A stretch of 64,000 nucleotides of DNA from an uncultured cyanobacterium. GTDB lineage: Bacteria; Cyanobacteriota; Cyanobacteriia; Cyanobacteriales; Nostocaceae. Both the position numbers and the translations under genes were made by a program. Positions 61,778 through 64,000 of this stretch are shown one piece after another. Position 1 is the stretch's first letter. The number at the start of each line of letters is the position of its first letter. A model generated the notes under the pieces. That model was given only the letters and a program-made list of their open reading frames with translations. It searched no databases and was not told the origin of the DNA. The DNA lies in the NCBI GenBank assembly GCA_963706595.1, contig OY970166.1, positions 544,001 through 608,000 of the forward strand, in the 5' to 3' direction.

Positions 61778-63023
61778 TTTGAAAGAGGCTCTGTTTTGCG
61801 ATTTGCTTGAATGTCGTCTGAAAACTTTGAAGTTGTTTGAGGGGATAGATGAATCTACATTTTGTAGTCAGGCTCATCCTGAGTTTAGTCCGGTTGGTTG
61901 GCATTTAGGACATATTGCTTTTACTGAGTCTTTATGGTTACTAGAAACGAGTGGGGGTTTGCCCTGTTCGTTCCCCCAATACCGGAAACTATTTGCGGCT
62001 GATGGTTTACCTAAATCACAACGTGTGATGTTACCTCATCTACAGGAAACGCTTGATTATTTGGAAACGGTGAGAAAACAGGTTTTACAACGCCTAGAAG
62101 TTGTTGATATTGAGAAAGAAGAACGACTTTGGCGCTTTTTAATTCAGCACGAAAGCCAACACTGCGAAATTATGAGCTTTGTGCTGGAATTGATGAAGTG
62201 GGAAAAGAGGAAGATCAAAGAGATTGGAGAAAATATTAGTTATACTTCTCCCATCAATAATATTACGGAGATGATTTCCATCCCGGCTGGTGAATTTGAA
62301 CAGGGAAGTGATGATATCTATGCTTTGGATAATGAGCGCCCTGCACATAAGGTATATTTAGATACTTATTATATTGACCGATATCCGGTGACTTGTGGAC
62401 AGTATCGGCTGTTTATGGAGGCGGGAGGCTACCAAAATTCTCAATGGTGGTCAGAAGCTGGATGGGAATGGCGACAAACTGAGCAGGTGATGAAACCACT
62501 TTACTGGTCTGGGGAAGCCTCTTGGGATAATCACCCTGTTTGTGGTGTGAGTTGGTATGAGGCCGAAGCATATTCGCGATTTGTGGGGAAGCGGCTACCG
62601 ACGGAAGCTGAGTGGGAAAAAGCGGTTAGTTGGGATGCAAAAGCTGGTTGTCAACGCATCTATCCTTGGGGGGATGAATCACCAAGTTCGGAAAATTGTA
62701 ATTGCGATCGCCTCATTGGTCATACTACACCAGTGGATGCCTATCCAGCCGGACAAAGTGCATACGGTTTATACGATACTCTCGGTAATGTCTGGGAGTG
62801 GACTGGTTCCTGGTTTGATGGTTACGCAGGTTTCCAGAGTTACCCTTACATCGGTTATTCTCAAGTTTATTTTGACCACAAGCACCGGGTTTTAAAGGGT
62901 GGGAGTTGGGCGACACGTCATTGGGGACTGCGTGCTAGTTTTCGCAATTGGTATTATCCCGGCGTGTACCAAATTTTCGCCGGCTTTCGTTGTGCTGCTA
63001 GTGAAGTGTTGACTGCTGACTAA
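61752..63023 (+). CDS. egtB: Ergothioneine sulfoxide synthase EgtB (DinB + FGE-sulfatase)
   Basis: SPVGWHLGH, QHESQH.E, RLPTEAEWEKA, GNVWEW, GFRC; start GTG 61752 is a guess. Confidence 0.88.
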   Translation: MISRLNQSSLKEALFCDLLECRLKTLKLFEGIDESTFCSQAHPEFSPVGWHLGHIAFTESLWLLETSGGLPCSFPQYRKLFAADGLPKSQRVMLPHLQETLDYLETVRKQVLQRLEVVDIEKEERLWRFLIQHESQHCEIMSFVLELMKWEKRKIKEIGENISYTSPINNITEMISIPAGEFEQGSDDIYALDNERPAHKVYLDTYYIDRYPVTCGQYRLFMEAGGYQNSQWWSEAGWEWRQTEQVMKPLYWSGEASWDNHPVCGVSWYEAEAYSRFVGKRLPTEAEWEKAVSWDAKAGCQRIYPWGDESPSSENCNCDRLIGHTTPVDAYPAGQSAYGLYDTLGNVWEWTGSWFDGYAGFQSYPYIGYSQVYFDHKHRVLKGGSWATRHWGLRASFRNWYYPGVYQIFAGFRCAASEVLTAD

Positions 63024-63170
63024 AAAATCAATCGTATCCGTTTTTATGAGAAAATCCTTAAAGATGGCTTAAAAGCTCGATTAATCTGGCTCAGGCGTGA
63101 TGCTATGGGCTATGGCTATGTGTTTCACTTGCTTGAGTCCAGGTTTGCTTTCAAAAGGAATCTAATATAC

Positions 63171-63203
63171 CAATTCGTAATTCGTAATTCGTAATTCGTA
63201 ATT
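63171..63203. repeat. STRR (AATTCGT)n
   Basis: Four tandem units. Confidence 0.8.
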
Positions 63204-63238
63204 AAGAAAGAATTGGTATCTTACACAATGGAGGTTGA

Positions 63239-64000
63239 ATGTCAATATCTAAAGCTGCTAGCAGCAATGTTGCTTCCCCAAAAAGCATTGAAGAGCGCTT
63301 GCAGATCCAAGGTTTGGTTCCAGGAACGGAAGTAGTTACATCTAGTGCTGGAACTGATGTGATTCAGGGATTAAGTCAAAAACCCAAAACTCTTCCCACT
63401 CACTACTTTTATGATGATCGTGGATCGGAGCTATTTGAGCAAATCTGTGAATTACCAGAATATTACCTGACACGCACAGAAACGAAAATTTTACAACAGT
63501 ATGCTGGTGAAATTGCCAGAATAACTGGCCCTTGTGAATTGGTGGAACTTGGTAGTGGTAGCTCTACTAAAACTAGAATTATCCTAGATGCTTACCAGCA
63601 GCTAGGCTACCCCATCCTATATGTACCGATTGATGTGAGTGCCGGGATGTTAGAAAGTAGTGCTAGGCAGTTATTGGCAGATTATCCTACTTTACAAGTT
63701 CATGCACTTGCAGGAACTTATGAGTTAGCTTTGGCAAAAATCTTGCCCTCAGAATTACCGAGTCGGATAATTGGTTTTATTGGCAGTAGTTTAGGTAATC
63801 TCACTCCCCAAGAGTGTGATATTTTTCTGTCTCAAATTACCAATGCTCTGGAAGTAGGGGAGTATTTCTTGTTGGGGGTAGATTTACAAAAGCCAAAACA
63901 TATCTTGGAACCTGCTTATGACGATAGCCAAGGGGTGACGGCGGCGTTTAACTTAAATATGTTGGAGCATTTAAATCGGCGATTTGAGGGTAATTTTGAC
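63239..64000 (+). CDS. egtD: L-histidine N-alpha-methyltransferase EgtD (runs off the window)
   Basis: KTLP..YFYDDRGSELFEQICELPEYY.TRTE, VELGSGSS.KT, FIGSSLGN, GVDL.K, YDD.QGVTAAFN.N. Confidence 0.93.
   Translation, partial: MSISKAASSNVASPKSIEERLQIQGLVPGTEVVTSSAGTDVIQGLSQKPKTLPTHYFYDDRGSELFEQICELPEYYLTRTETKILQQYAGEIARITGPCELVELGSGSSTKTRIILDAYQQLGYPILYVPIDVSAGMLESSARQLLADYPTLQVHALAGTYELALAKILPSELPSRIIGFIGSSLGNLTPQECDIFLSQITNALEVGEYFLLGVDLQKPKHILEPAYDDSQGVTAAFNLNMLEHLNRRFEGNFD

Overview
Chromosomal DNA of a heterocyst-forming (Nostocales-type) cyanobacterium, judged from abundant HIP1 GCGATCGC, heptamer STRRs, psbB/psbT/psb30 and an AMIN-domain TonB receptor. Housekeeping genes include recJ, sbcD, mnmG, hisC, rpsA, psbB-psbT, psb30, a PPK2 enzyme, a peptide ABC transporter and egtC-egtB-egtD. 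Accessory blocks: (1) an fhuBDC + IutA-like TonB receptor locus, with the receptor split by a 1414-bp tnpB-only IS200/IS605 element whose precise removal restores the frame; (2) an AT-rich three-gene island (DUF4011/SF1 helicase/Vsr-like nuclease; duplicated-domain + adaptor + trypsin protease; unknown 362-aa protein), the best candidate here for an undescribed defence/conflict system; (3) an eroded OmpR-regulator/ArsM-like/PiT locus; (4) a REC-EAL protein with a CBS-DXCF cyanobacteriochrome kinase carrying a late frameshift. Also seen: a candidate Yfr1-like small RNA, an unannotated 34-aa membrane micro-protein, several disrupted genes and many nested MITE/REP-like repeats. No rRNA, tRNA or CRISPR array was seen. 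All family assignments come from motif recognition by eye; no searches were run.
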